Below, piece by piece: positions 10,525-21,939 of a stretch of DNA of 64,000 bases. Within the stretch, counting starts at the first letter, position 1; each line of letters begins with the position of its first letter. The notes beneath the pieces are model-generated. The model had not been told where the DNA came from. It did no database searches and saw nothing but the letters and a program-made list of their open reading frames with translations. Made by a program: the position numbers and the translations under genes. The DNA is taken from the NCBI GenBank assembly GCA_016839555.1, contig JAEOUA010000011.1, positions 224,001 to 288,000 on the forward strand. The letters are read 5' to 3'. The stretch is from Promethearchaeota archaeon (GTDB lineage: Archaea > Asgardarchaeota > Lokiarchaeia > Sigyniarchaeales > SOKP01).

Positions 10525-10756
10525 ACCAATAATTAAAATTCAAGTTGTAGAGAATATCATCTTTTTTTAAAATTTTTTTTAATGTATTTAAATCTATTTA
10601 GGGTTTGAAAATCCTAAATATCTGCATTTTAACTCATTTTCTTCGGTAATCTTTTTTTCTTCAATCAAAATATAATGTACAGTTTCTTACAAATAAAAGA
10701 TTTTTAAATCTTGAAATGTATAATTAAATTAGGAATCTTAAAAAAGGAAATTAAAT

Positions 10757-12484
10757 ATGTATGGAAAAAATCAAGAAGGGGATCGCGATAATCCATATGA
10801 TTTTGATGATTATCTTTTAGTGAGAGACCAGTTTAATTATTATAAAGATGATGCATTTTTTCAAGCGTTAATTAAACACTATGTTTCAAAAGATGAATAT
10901 GAAAAAATCAATAACGATTTATTGGCATTATCAGATTATGTTTCGTATAAATTTAGGGATCTTGCAGATGCCGCAAACACCCTTGATAAGCGCTTAAAAG
11001 TAACTCAAATTAAACATTATGATGCGCATAACCACAGAATTGACAGAATTGAACGATGTAAGGAAACGGAAACATTAGAAAAAGAGATTTTTAGTCTTGG
11101 GCTATTCGATCCTAATAGAAATACTGCATGGAGTCGATTTGCGAAGTTATTTTTGTTATATCAAAATTCGGAATTTGGTGTGATGTGCCCAATCGCCTGT
11201 ACTCATGGGATGGTAGAGTTTTTACAAAAATATGAAGATGATCTTGACCCTGAAGCTAAAAAAATCCTTTATTCTGTGAGAGATGGTAAAGGGGGCGAAT
11301 ATAAGTTAGGGGCTCAATTTGTAAGTGAAATTCAAGGAGGTAGTGATGTTCCAGCCAACCTTGTTGAGGCGGTATATGAAGAGGATGAGGGAAAGGATGG
11401 AATCTCGAATTGCTGGCGATTATATGGACAAAAATTCTTTTGTTCTGCTATTCAGGCGGATCAAGCGGTTGTAACGGCAAAACCAAAAAATAGATCATCA
11501 TCGACTCGAGTTGCTGCTTTTGTAGTGCCTTCATGGTTGCCAGGAAACAAGCAAAAAGAAATTAGAAATTCATATACAATAGATAGATTGAAACCGAAAA
11601 TGGGAACCTCAGAATTACCCACAGCTGAAGTTACTTATAACGGAGCCGTTGCATATCCTATTGGACCTCTTGAAAAGGGATTAGCGAATGTCGTTGGTAT
11701 AGTCCTTTCAATTTCTAGGCTTCATATTGCATTTGGGATGGCAGCTGCAGCATTACGAATTGCTCGTGAGGCAACTTTATATACTCAATTTCGCACTGCA
11801 TTTGGTGTTCCTGTATCCTCGTTTCCCCTTATGATGAATCAAATAAATGATCTCAACGAATATGCGAAAAGAACCGCGGCGGGAGCCTTTAAAGTATATT
11901 CAGAATATATCCATTTTGATGAAGAACTTATCTCGGGAATTCGGGATCTTCAAAATATTGATGATTTACTAGAGAGGAAACAAAGATTTAGACTAAGAGA
12001 ATTAATTATGCTCCAAAAAATTGTTGTAGCTGATGAATCACCAGCAATGACGCGCATGGCAATCTCTTTCTTTGGAGGGCATGGAGTAATGGAAGACTTC
12101 TTATCTCTTCCACGATTTATACGTGATGCGTTTATCATGGAGTTATGGGAAGGACCTCGGAACGTATTATTAACACAAATGCATAGAGATATGCAAAGAG
12201 TAAGAGATTGGTATCCCCCAGAGGAATTTATAAAAGATTTATTAGAAGGAGCTGAATCTGATGTACTAAACTCCTTAAGCAATAAATATACGAAAATAAT
12301 AGATCATGATAGTCTTTTAAAAGTTGATGAAGAAACGCTTCAAATATGTAGAGACTGGCAAGATGTATCTAACGCTATCTTTAGAGAATATCAACGGATA
12401 GCATTAAAAGAAATGGAATATACGGAAAAACCATTGAAATTCTCAAGCTTGCTAAGAAAATTCAAAAAGCGAGAGAATATTTAA
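10757..12484 (+). CDS. Acyl-CoA dehydrogenase (AidB-like)
   Basis: CPIACTHG, SEIQGGSDV, GQKFFCS, RLKPKMGT, FGGHGVME, WEGPRN. Confidence 0.9.
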   Translation: MYGKNQEGDRDNPYDFDDYLLVRDQFNYYKDDAFFQALIKHYVSKDEYEKINNDLLALSDYVSYKFRDLADAANTLDKRLKVTQIKHYDAHNHRIDRIERCKETETLEKEIFSLGLFDPNRNTAWSRFAKLFLLYQNSEFGVMCPIACTHGMVEFLQKYEDDLDPEAKKILYSVRDGKGGEYKLGAQFVSEIQGGSDVPANLVEAVYEEDEGKDGISNCWRLYGQKFFCSAIQADQAVVTAKPKNRSSSTRVAAFVVPSWLPGNKQKEIRNSYTIDRLKPKMGTSELPTAEVTYNGAVAYPIGPLEKGLANVVGIVLSISRLHIAFGMAAAALRIAREATLYTQFRTAFGVPVSSFPLMMNQINDLNEYAKRTAAGAFKVYSEYIHFDEELISGIRDLQNIDDLLERKQRFRLRELIMLQKIVVADESPAMTRMAISFFGGHGVMEDFLSLPRFIRDAFIMELWEGPRNVLLTQMHRDMQRVRDWYPPEEFIKDLLEGAESDVLNSLSNKYTKIIDHDSLLKVDEETLQICRDWQDVSNAIFREYQRIALKEMEYTEKPLKFSSLLRKFKKRENI

Positions 12485-12712
12485 GGACTTTATCAAATGT
12501 AAATCAAATTCTTTTTTGAAAATTTTTTATTAAGAAAGCTTACTTAAAAATTTAAAGAGATTAATTAGTAAGACAAACAAGTTTGTGAGATGTTTGAAAT
12601 AGGAAAGCTATATTACCTTTTATTTTTCAAAAATGGACTATATTAAATAAATAAATCAGAATTGATTTATTAAAAATAATAAAAATTTTAATAAAATTAT
12701 TTAAGTGAGAAT

Positions 12713-13246
12713 ATGATAACAACAGATTATGAGAAAGTTTTTAGATGCCCTTCATGCGGCTCTCTGGGTGCAATATTTCTCGTAAAAGTGGATGGGGCTC
12801 AAGTTATAATAAAGCAGAAATGCCCCATACATGGCGGGAGGGTATTTAAAGTTCCTTTAAAGGAATTGGAGTCTTATATGAATCTTATTTTAGATGGAAT
12901 TTATCGATGCTATACGTGTGGAGGACCCGCTCTCTTGGGTCCTGTCCAATATAGTGGACCTTATGCCATAATTAAATGTGTTTGTCAAACCACTCATGCA
13001 GGTCAAAAACCTCAAAAAATTTGGAGTACCATTTATTTAGATGCTATTAAGAATCAATTGGAGCGACCAGAACCAGTAGTTCAACAGATTAAAGAAGAGG
13101 AAATTGAAGTAAAAGCACCAGAAATCGTTCCAGAAGAAGAGGAGGAGCCTGTACCAGAAAAGCTTAAGATATGTCCTAATTGTGGTACAGAGCTAGAGGG
13201 CAACGAGAAATTTTGCGGTATTTGCGGAGCAAAATTAACAGATTAA
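12713..13246 (+). CDS. Multi-zinc-ribbon protein
   Basis: CPSC..CPIH, CYTC..C..H, acidic/Pro linker, C-terminal CPNCG...FCGICG. Confidence 0.75.
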   Translation: MITTDYEKVFRCPSCGSLGAIFLVKVDGAQVIIKQKCPIHGGRVFKVPLKELESYMNLILDGIYRCYTCGGPALLGPVQYSGPYAIIKCVCQTTHAGQKPQKIWSTIYLDAIKNQLERPEPVVQQIKEEEIEVKAPEIVPEEEEEPVPEKLKICPNCGTELEGNEKFCGICGAKLTD

Positions 13247-13531
13247 TTTTTTTTATTCTTTTTTTCATTATTTTATATAAAATATTAAAATGTAGAGAAA
13301 AGAAAATGAAACCTAATCGCTATTAATTTTATTGCATGATTTATAAAAAAGAAATTAAAATTCAATTTAATTAATTCAATTACCATTTTTTTAATTAAAC
13401 ATTTTTCTAGGTTAATTAACTGTTAACATTCTAAAAGCTATAACTTTAAATATAATTAATGTTATGTTATCTATGGATAACAAAATTTAAAATAATAGGG
13501 AAAAATATTCAGTTTGGGGGTTAAAAAAATT

Positions 13532-13681
13532 ATGAATCAAATAATAAAATCTAGAGCATGTAGAACATGCCAGAATTATGATTACGAAAAGCAGATATGT
13601 ACATTTTTTAAAAGAAAACTCTCTCCTGATAGTTATTGTGTTATCGATGAGAATAGAGTTTTTTTTGTCAATTCACATTAG
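13532..13681 (+). CDS. 49-aa Cys-rich microprotein (not in ORF track)
   Basis: MNQIIKSRACRTCQNYDYEKQICTFFKRKLSPDSYCVIDENRVFFVNSH; four Cys; GGGGG tract ~11 nt upstream. Confidence 0.55.
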   Translation: MNQIIKSRACRTCQNYDYEKQICTFFKRKLSPDSYCVIDENRVFFVNSH

Positions 13682-13861
13682 TTTTTTTTAATACTTCTTA
13701 TATTTAGTATAATTCTTTAAATCTTAACTAAGATAACCAATAAAAATTAAAAAGAGTTATATATATTTTATTCCAATTGGTTTTATTAAGAAGAAATGAA
13801 GGATTTTTTTGTTTCTAACTTCTAAATACGCTATTAATTATTATTTTAAAAAAGAAGTTAT

Positions 13862-15007
13862 TTATATAGGTGTATCGAACGCGTTTCCTTTATCTTCAAC
13901 TACCCTACCATTAAATTTATTATATTTTTTGTCAAAGCGTCGGTTTTTTTTAATTTGTACCCATCTCTCTCTGTCACCATGACTCCAATGAATATCCGGG
14001 AAGTCGCAATCGGCTGCTATATCATCTATATGAATTCCTTTATGATAGATACACGGTGCACAGTCATCTCTCCATTTTACAAATGCTTTATCATCTCTAG
14101 GACATAAAAATCCTGTTAAATTGAAGAGATACTTACTTAAATGCCGAAATGGATTTAAATCTCCACAAAATTCTTTCTTTAGAATAGTTTCTTGGGAGAG
14201 TTCTTTTTTAAGCTTAAGAAAGACTTTATAAAATTGAGAAAAATTGCCATATGCGACAAAATCTAATGAATAATTATTAATATATCCATATAAAATAATT
14301 ATTTTATGTTTTCTGTTTTTTAAATCATTTATAAAGATTTCTTTGATATTTGTTTCAGCTCTTATCATTGTATTCATTGCGATTGTTGCCAGTTTCGCGG
14401 AAAGTTTTGAACAAAAGACTTCTATCATTTCGTCACTTGCATCCTCATCTAAGTTATCGAAAAAGTCGGCATTATATAATTTCGAAATTATGGGTAGCCC
14501 TTGAGTTGAAAGTCCGCAATAAAGCAATTTATTATCCTTTATATATGGGTATTCCGTAGGGTTGATTCTTTGTCTAATATCCTCTGATTTCAGCTTGTCA
14601 TCATATTGCAATTTTAAAAAATCAGTTTTTACCCCAAGTATTTCATCCATCATCGATCTTACTTCAGGTTGGAGCATGGAGTCTATTGAGCTATAAAATT
14701 GATCTACCTTTTTTTGATAATCTATTAACATCCTATAGCTTTCCTTAGAATCAGGATTGAAATACCCACTTATGCAATAAAAAAGATTGTCACCTTTATT
14801 ATTTACAATGTGTTTTATTATTATGCGCTCTTCATTTCCATCCTCACCTTCGCTATCCCCCAAGTAGATAGAATCTAAACGCCATATATTATTGATACTT
14901 TTCATTAATTTTTCGATAAATAGAATTGTCTCGAAGATATTATATTTCTCCTTATCCGATACGTATAAAATTTCCTCATTTAAGATAATAGCGAAGGCTG
15001 TAATCAT
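13862..15007 (-). CDS. Tandem longin/roadblock-like protein with Cys-rich C-terminal tail
   Basis: Two alpha/beta units (ITAFAIILNEEILY...; LLYCGLSTQGLPIISKLY...SAKLATIAMN), then CPRD..CAPC..H..C. Confidence 0.5.
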   Translation of the reverse strand: MITAFAIILNEEILYVSDKEKYNIFETILFIEKLMKSINNIWRLDSIYLGDSEGEDGNEERIIIKHIVNNKGDNLFYCISGYFNPDSKESYRMLIDYQKKVDQFYSSIDSMLQPEVRSMMDEILGVKTDFLKLQYDDKLKSEDIRQRINPTEYPYIKDNKLLYCGLSTQGLPIISKLYNADFFDNLDEDASDEMIEVFCSKLSAKLATIAMNTMIRAETNIKEIFINDLKNRKHKIIILYGYINNYSLDFVAYGNFSQFYKVFLKLKKELSQETILKKEFCGDLNPFRHLSKYLFNLTGFLCPRDDKAFVKWRDDCAPCIYHKGIHIDDIAADCDFPDIHWSHGDRERWVQIKKNRRFDKKYNKFNGRVVEDKGNAFDTPI

Positions 15008-15251
15008 TTTGACTTATTAAGAATTCAGTAGTAATCTACTATTAATAAAAAAAAATAATCAATCATTAATAAAAAATATTCTTAAATATAAATATATTGA
15101 TTTTCTGTTTTTTTATTCACCTACCTTTTAGGGAAACTTAGGAAATATTAGAGTCTGAAAAATGAAATATTATTATATTAAAAGGCTCAATTTTTAATAT
15201 GAAAAAAGTTTTAGTTTAATAAGAAAAATAAAACAACACAGAGATTTTTAA

Positions 15252-16064
15252 ATGGCGATTTTGAAATTAACGGAACGGAAAAAGGTACATCACGCTGCTG
15301 AACTCCTACTCAATTCTTCAAATGCAATCGCTTTAACGGGAGCAGGTATCTCGACTGAGTCTGGAATTCCAGATTTTCGAGGGGAAGGAGGAATTTGGAC
15401 CCGTTACAAGCCCGAGATATACGGAAACATCAAAAATTTCATTAGAGACCCCACAAAATTTTGGAAGTTGGCAGAGAAAGTGGCGCCCAAGCTTTTTTCT
15501 GCAGAACCAAATCCGGGACATTATGCTTTAGCAGAATTAGAGGATATGGATATTATTAAGGCCGTTATCACTCAAAATATTGATGAATTACATCAAAAGG
15601 CAGGATCGGTTATTGTCTATGAAGTCCATGGAAATATTAATCGCTTTACATGCTTTGGCTGTCGTGCGAGCTATACAAAAGACCAAGTTATGCGCAAATT
15701 AAAAAAAGAAAAACATTATCCTCCTCTATGTGACATGTGCTCCGCACCATTGAAACCGTCAGTAGTACTTTTCGGGGAATCATTGCCAACCTTTGAAATT
15801 TACCAGTCTCAAGCATTAGCCGAAAAGACAGATGTTATGCTTATTGCTGGCTCCTCCCTTAGCGTAGATCCAGTGGCAGATTTACCATTATATACTTTAA
15901 GTAATGGGGGTAAATTAATAATCGTAAATGATGCACCGACTCATTTAGATGAAAGAGCTGAAATAGTTATTAATCATAAAACAGGAAAAATATTACCCTT
16001 AATTGTTGAAGAAATAAAAAGATTACAAACCATACAGAACGAAGAACAGGATCCTTCCAATTGA
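15252..16064 (+). CDS. cobB: NAD-dependent protein deacylase (Sir2 family)
   Basis: TGAGISTESGIPDFRG, TQNIDELH, EVHG, two CxxC, VVLFGE, GSSL. Confidence 0.95.
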   Translation: MAILKLTERKKVHHAAELLLNSSNAIALTGAGISTESGIPDFRGEGGIWTRYKPEIYGNIKNFIRDPTKFWKLAEKVAPKLFSAEPNPGHYALAELEDMDIIKAVITQNIDELHQKAGSVIVYEVHGNINRFTCFGCRASYTKDQVMRKLKKEKHYPPLCDMCSAPLKPSVVLFGESLPTFEIYQSQALAEKTDVMLIAGSSLSVDPVADLPLYTLSNGGKLIIVNDAPTHLDERAEIVINHKTGKILPLIVEEIKRLQTIQNEEQDPSN

Positions 16065-16175
16065 TCAATAAATATTCTATTTTTCATAAATATGAAATTT
16101 TTAGTTGGTTAATGTTTAAAAAGGTTTTTTAACTCCAGAGAAAAAATCACGCTTTTCTAATTAAAAACCCGTGAA

Positions 16176-17333
16176 TTAATAATCTCTAAAATCTCGAATT
16201 GTGTCGAACATTGCTACAATATTTTCTGGGGGAACCTCAGCTGTAATATTATGAATATTGGCTGCAACATATCCACCCCCTGGTTTAAAGCATTTCATAT
16301 TGTATTTTACTTCTTCTCTTATTTGTTTTGGTGTACCAAATGGCAATGTGTTTTGAGTGTTGCACGCGCCACCCCAAAAAGTGATAATATCTCCAAATCT
16401 GGACTTTAGGCTGCAGGGTTCCATATCGTAGGCCGAGATTTGAACGGGATTATAAATATCATATCCAATATCGGCAAAATGGGGAATAAATTGTGGTGTT
16501 GATCCGCAACAATGGTAATTTATTTTCACATCTGCGAGTTCATGAATTTTTTGTGATAATTTGTGTTCTATTGGCTTAATAATTTTTTCATATACTTTTA
16601 CATTCATAATCGGTCCTGCTTGTTCAGCTAAATCTCCATTTACGCATATAACATCTAAATATTCTCCAACTTCATCCAAAAAAGCGATATTATAATCAAT
16701 CCAATATTTCAATAACCCTTCCATTGCTGCAATTATTAACTCTGGTTTAGTTTTTAGGTTTCTCAGAGCTGTTGTGAAGCCAAAGAGGAAAGTTGTATAT
16801 TCATAAATACATCCAGTAGTAGACGTAGATAATGCATACTCTGTATTTTCGTGAATATTTTTGGCATATTGCCTTAATCCTTTAAAAATAGTTGTATCCT
16901 TTCCATCAGGCCAATTATAATTTTCTATTTCCTGAACAGTTTTTAAGTCTTTAAAAGGATGAATTACAGGATCGTAATAAAGGATATCATCAAGATCCTT
17001 ACTAGCGTCATTACCCCAAAAAACACCAAACTGATCGTAGACCCCAACATATTTACCTTCATATTTTGGCTGGAAATCTTCTTTTACTTCCCAGCCTATG
17101 GGGCGAACATATCTCACATCTACTTCGAATCTTTCTAATAATTCTTCGCAAGGAGCAGCAATATGTTGTACAAAATCGGAGAATGTGATATTTTTATCTT
17201 CAATATCTAAATAGTCCAGTAACCTTTTATAAGCTTTAATGTGAATACTAGACTGATTTCCGCCTAAATCAATAGGAACCTTATCGGGTTCTTCATGATT
17301 TAAGGCTTTATTTACTCGTTCTCGAGAATTCAT
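16176..17333 (-). CDS. Uroporphyrinogen decarboxylase/MtaA-like family protein
   Basis: MNSRERV..AL.HEEPDKVP, HCCG, NPVQISA, FWGG, HNI...VPPEN. Confidence 0.85.
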   Translation of the reverse strand: MNSRERVNKALNHEEPDKVPIDLGGNQSSIHIKAYKRLLDYLDIEDKNITFSDFVQHIAAPCEELLERFEVDVRYVRPIGWEVKEDFQPKYEGKYVGVYDQFGVFWGNDASKDLDDILYYDPVIHPFKDLKTVQEIENYNWPDGKDTTIFKGLRQYAKNIHENTEYALSTSTTGCIYEYTTFLFGFTTALRNLKTKPELIIAAMEGLLKYWIDYNIAFLDEVGEYLDVICVNGDLAEQAGPIMNVKVYEKIIKPIEHKLSQKIHELADVKINYHCCGSTPQFIPHFADIGYDIYNPVQISAYDMEPCSLKSRFGDIITFWGGACNTQNTLPFGTPKQIREEVKYNMKCFKPGGGYVAANIHNITAEVPPENIVAMFDTIRDFRDY

Positions 17334-17549
17334 ATCGGAATTTTTTATTTTTGTTTTATTATTTTTTCAAATAATTTTGCAGATTATACTTTAAATAGTT
17401 ATTTGAAAAATTATATTTTTCTATTTTTTGATTTATTTCTTTATTATAAATAATGAATTAAAGTATTTTATAAACTTACTAATTATGATTTAGTTAGTGA
17501 GTGAAAAATTCATAATTATTTTTAAAAAGAGCTACTGGGATGATGATAT

Positions 17550-19142
17550 ATGGAAGCACAAGAAGAAATTAATGTTATTATAAAAGATTGGCGCACTATA
17601 GATATCTCATTTGGGCTTATTTATCCCAATATCTATTCGCTTGGGATGTCTTCTTATTCTATTAAGTTACTATATTCATTAATTAATGGATACAAAAATA
17701 TTGTCTGTGAACGTATCTTTTTACCCGAGAAATTGTATTATCCCGCCATAGAAGATTATAATCCTGAAAATGCCATTCGAAGCTTTGAAAACAGGATTCT
17801 TCCACAAAATTTTGATATTTTGGGCTTTTCAATTCATTTTGAAAATGATTTTCGAAATATTTTATGGTTATTGGATAAATCAAATATTCCATTATCATAT
17901 AAAGAGAGGCAAATGGAGAGAAAAGAAACTGGTTTGGAATTTCCTCTAATAGTGGGGGGAGGACCTGCGGTCACTTCAAATCCCCAACCCTTAAGTAAAA
18001 TATTCGATATCTTTTTTATTGGTGATGCAGAACCTATCTTGGAAGACTTTTTTCAAGTATATCTAAGATATAAGCTTAATAACCTCGAATTTAATCAATT
18101 TTTGAAAGATTCAGCTAAGATACCTGGACTTTATATTCCCTCTTTAAATAATAATGTAAATCGAGCTATCCTTGACAATTTAGATAAATCTAAAGTACCA
18201 ACTTATCAATTAATTCCAAATTTTAAAAAGAAAAAGGGAGCATTTGAGGAAAGTTTTTTTATAGAAATAAATAGAGGATGCCCATTTCAGTGTAGATTTT
18301 GTATATCATCCTATCATAATAGGCCATTTAGAAATCGAAGTCTTAATGATATATTAGAAACGATAAATATCGCCGTGGAGAGTTTCGAATTTGATAATAT
18401 TAGTTTAATTGGATCTTGTGTCTCTTCTCATCCACAATTTATTGATATTTGTAAACAGATTATTGCGAAACAAAAGAGATTATTAATCCCTTCCATAAGA
18501 ATTGATCAATTATCCCCTAAAATCATTAAAGTACTTGAAAAGGGTAAAATAAAAACATTAACCATTGCTCCCGAAACAGGATCAGAAAAATTAAGATTTG
18601 ATATAGGAAAAAAAATTACTGATGAATTAATTTATAACAAAATCGCCATGATTAGAGAATCGAAGATTCAAAATATTAAATTATATTTTTTAATTGGTTT
18701 GCCTTCAGAGACGGAGGAGGATATTGAAAGTATCATTTCTATGATAAAAGAAATTAATGAATTAAAATTCAATAAAAATGCCCTACGAATAAGCATAAAT
18801 CCAATGATACCCAAATTAAATACCCCTTTTGAGAAGGAAGTGGACTATTTTCTAGAGGAGAATCTCCCTATTTTACATGAGAGATTTCAGAGAATAAAGG
18901 ATAAACTAGCCCTTTTGAAATCAGTAAAGCTTAAAATAGGAGATCTATCCACACTAATTAAAACAGCACGACTTCAAACACTATTTTCCTTAGGAAATGA
19001 AGAAATTTCCGAAATTTTGATCGATTATTATCGTAATGGAGCTACTTTTGGTGCTTTAAGGAGAATTTTTAATCAGCGGCATTTTTCTATGGATGATTAT
19101 TTATTCCGTATAAAAAATGGGTATAGTCCTTGGATCTTTTGA
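17550..19142 (+). CDS. Radical SAM protein with B12-binding-like N-terminal domain
   Basis: YPNIYSLGMS, GGGP, RGCPFQCRFC, APETGSE, KLYFLIGLP. Confidence 0.88.
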   Translation: MEAQEEINVIIKDWRTIDISFGLIYPNIYSLGMSSYSIKLLYSLINGYKNIVCERIFLPEKLYYPAIEDYNPENAIRSFENRILPQNFDILGFSIHFENDFRNILWLLDKSNIPLSYKERQMERKETGLEFPLIVGGGPAVTSNPQPLSKIFDIFFIGDAEPILEDFFQVYLRYKLNNLEFNQFLKDSAKIPGLYIPSLNNNVNRAILDNLDKSKVPTYQLIPNFKKKKGAFEESFFIEINRGCPFQCRFCISSYHNRPFRNRSLNDILETINIAVESFEFDNISLIGSCVSSHPQFIDICKQIIAKQKRLLIPSIRIDQLSPKIIKVLEKGKIKTLTIAPETGSEKLRFDIGKKITDELIYNKIAMIRESKIQNIKLYFLIGLPSETEEDIESIISMIKEINELKFNKNALRISINPMIPKLNTPFEKEVDYFLEENLPILHERFQRIKDKLALLKSVKLKIGDLSTLIKTARLQTLFSLGNEEISEILIDYYRNGATFGALRRIFNQRHFSMDDYLFRIKNGYSPWIF

Positions 19143-19212
19143 GGTATAGTAAATAAGTAGTTGAAATAAATAGTTAAAATAGAAATCATAGTTCAAAAAT
19201 ATAGCTTAAAAC

Positions 19213-20016
19213 TCATTCTTCTTCAATATTATTTACCTTTTTAATAATCCTATCAAATAAATATTCTGCAATGCCAAACGGAGTAGTAATATTAAAAATT
19301 AATACTAGAAAATAATCCTCATTAATAAATTTAGAAAAAATAAGCTCTCGTTCTGTAGTATAAAATAATTTTAAAATTGCTTTATTTATAATCTTAACTC
19401 TAAAATCTATATTCTCCAAGATATAATTTAATTTTTCGTATGTAAGTGAACAATATACGATTCTTCCTTTATTATCAAACAAAATAAGACCTTCAACATC
19501 ATTTCTAAACAGAAATTTCTTTAATATCTCTTTAATTAACGCTTCTTTATTTTTTTCATAATTGCTTTTCTTCCTATTCTTATTTTCATTAAGAATTTTG
19601 TCAATATATCTATTTATAGATTCACTTCTGATACTACCTACATTTATATCTATATTATGTGTATTTATATATTTTCTGAGACGATTGTCAATAGAATCAA
19701 TATAATCTTCTAATATAATAGAATCAATATAATCGGATAAAAATCCGTAAAATAAATTATACCTCTGAATAATCACAATTTCAAGCGGATCCATATCGAT
19801 TTTTTTAATTCTTTTACCAACCATCTCCTTAGAAAAGGAAATTAAAGCACAACAAAATGCAGAGATTAATTGTTCATCTATTTCAATAACATTAGAATAG
19901 TTTCTGGCATAAAGACATACACCGCCTAAATTAGAAACAAAAAAATAGTGTATTAAAGGAGATTTATTATGCTTTTCTGTTGTTTTTTTGATCGATTGTT
20001 TATTTTCAATAGACAC
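19213..20016 (-). CDS. Longin-like plus roadblock-like two-domain protein
   Basis: FFVSNLGGVCLY...EQLISAFCCALISFSKE; second domain VEGLILFDNKGRIVY...FGIAEY. Confidence 0.6.
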   Translation of the reverse strand: MSIENKQSIKKTTEKHNKSPLIHYFFVSNLGGVCLYARNYSNVIEIDEQLISAFCCALISFSKEMVGKRIKKIDMDPLEIVIIQRYNLFYGFLSDYIDSIILEDYIDSIDNRLRKYINTHNIDINVGSIRSESINRYIDKILNENKNRKKSNYEKNKEALIKEILKKFLFRNDVEGLILFDNKGRIVYCSLTYEKLNYILENIDFRVKIINKAILKLFYTTERELIFSKFINEDYFLVLIFNITTPFGIAEYLFDRIIKKVNNIEEE

Positions 20017-20097
20017 GAAATCTTTTATATTAATAAATAAAAAAACTACAAGTTTTTTATGGGAAAAATAAGAAGTGAAAAAATGAGCTTTTTAATT

Positions 20098-21939
20098 TTA
20101 ATGATCTTTAGATTTCTTTGAAATTCTCTGTCGTTCTATCTGTTTCATTTTTTCAATTTTTTTGGCATCTCCAAAGATCACAGCATCTAAGAATAAATAG
20201 GTAAGGATATAAGCAAAAGGATAAAGTAAAATCCAAAACAAAATTCCCAGAATCTTTGTTTTTAAGAGTTTTCTTTTTGCATTTAAAATGTGAGGAATTC
20301 TCTTACAGATTAATTTTTGCTCATTTTTTTCACTCACTATTCCTTTCCTATTATATCCTTGTTGGAATTCATTTTGCCGCAGAAAAGAGCGAAAATCTCT
20401 ATAAATCCAAATAAACCAACCAGCTAGATAATCCTTTGCATTAAATGTGCGGATCGAATAATCAAGCACATGAAGCTGTCGTTCTTCACTAAATTTAAGT
20501 TGTTTATTCCAATCAGCATGAAATCCATATTTCGCACCTGCTCCAAATTCCGTATAAATCCAAGGTTTATTAAAAGTGGGAGTTCTCATAACATCTAACA
20601 TAAAACTTATTAATCTTGCAGAGCCCACATACCACCCAAAATAGAAATTAATTGTGGCAACATCAGCGTATCTTCTTGTTAAATCTGTAAATAATTTCAT
20701 TGATACATAAGTCACTATTCTTGTATCATCATGCATTCTTGTACATTCCATCAATCTTCTCATAAATTTAGCTACCTCTGGACGTTCAATGGGGATTTCG
20801 TTGCCTACACTCCACCAGATAACAGAGGGATGGTTTATATCTCTTTTTATTAAATTTCTAATCATTCGTGCAGCAGATTTGAAGGTTTCATTACTTTTAA
20901 AATTGCAGACCCAATAAACAGGAATTTCCTCAAGTATCAAAATTCCTTCCTTATCAGCGATATGAAGTAAATCTTCATCATGAGAATAATGAGCGGATCT
21001 TAAGGCATTAAAGCCTAAAGACTTCATAGTCCTTATATCCTTTTGTCGCTCTTTATAGGGAATAGTCCTTCCATATGGCATTAATTCTTCATGTAAGCTG
21101 ACACCTTTCATTAGCAATCTTCTTTTATTTAAAAGAATGGTAGTGCCTTTAATTTCAATTTCCCTAATCCCAAATGCAGTTTCATAAAGCAATTCTTTTT
21201 TATCTTTCTCAAAAATTCTTAAAATATATAAGTAAGGATGATCGGGGGACCAGAGCTGTGGATTTTTAAAAGTAAGGGTAATTCCGCTTTTTCCAGTAAT
21301 TTTTGAAATTGAACCCCCAAAAAGAGGGGCCGATTGTCCAGAGTCTAATATTTCCCATTTCAAGGAAAGTTCTCCGAGTATTATAAATGAAATCTCGATT
21401 TTACTACATAATCTTGATTCCAGATGAGTTTTTATAACCACATCTTTTATACGATTCTTATTTAGAATCAAAAATTCAACATCTCGATAAATCCCACCCC
21501 AATTAAACCAATCGAAGCTTATTGCCGGAATTCTGTTCTTTTTTCTTATATTATCTGTGCGGACTGCTAAAAAATTGTTATTTGGTTTGAGAGCATTTTT
21601 TAAGTTAAAATGAAATGGTGTGAATCCTCCCTCATGTTCTCCTAGATACTTTCCATTTAACCAGACTTTTGTTTTATAATTGCTGCCCTTAAATTTAATT
21701 CTATAATCAAAACTTTGATTAATAATTAATTGATCTAAAGAAAATTGATAAAAGTGCCAGAATATTCCTTCATAAACTTCAAACCCTTTTAAAGTATTGA
21801 AACTCATTGGAATTTGTATTTCCAATAATTTTAAGTTATCTTTATTAAAATTACTGGGAAGATACCACTTTTGATAAATTCCCTCATCATTATAATCAGG
21901 TTTACATTTCCAATTTCCATTGAGTGAAATTTTTTTCAT
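20098..21939 (-). CDS. Glycoside hydrolase family 2 (beta-glucuronidase/galactosidase)
   Basis: LNGNW, HEGGFTPF, GGIYRDV, KGVSLHE, RSAHY, NHPSVIWWSVGNE, TEFGA. Confidence 0.93.
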   Translation of the reverse strand: MKKISLNGNWKCKPDYNDEGIYQKWYLPSNFNKDNLKLLEIQIPMSFNTLKGFEVYEGIFWHFYQFSLDQLIINQSFDYRIKFKGSNYKTKVWLNGKYLGEHEGGFTPFHFNLKNALKPNNNFLAVRTDNIRKKNRIPAISFDWFNWGGIYRDVEFLILNKNRIKDVVIKTHLESRLCSKIEISFIILGELSLKWEILDSGQSAPLFGGSISKITGKSGITLTFKNPQLWSPDHPYLYILRIFEKDKKELLYETAFGIREIEIKGTTILLNKRRLLMKGVSLHEELMPYGRTIPYKERQKDIRTMKSLGFNALRSAHYSHDEDLLHIADKEGILILEEIPVYWVCNFKSNETFKSAARMIRNLIKRDINHPSVIWWSVGNEIPIERPEVAKFMRRLMECTRMHDDTRIVTYVSMKLFTDLTRRYADVATINFYFGWYVGSARLISFMLDVMRTPTFNKPWIYTEFGAGAKYGFHADWNKQLKFSEERQLHVLDYSIRTFNAKDYLAGWFIWIYRDFRSFLRQNEFQQGYNRKGIVSEKNEQKLICKRIPHILNAKRKLLKTKILGILFWILLYPFAYILTYLFLDAVIFGDAKKIEKMKQIERQRISKKSKDH

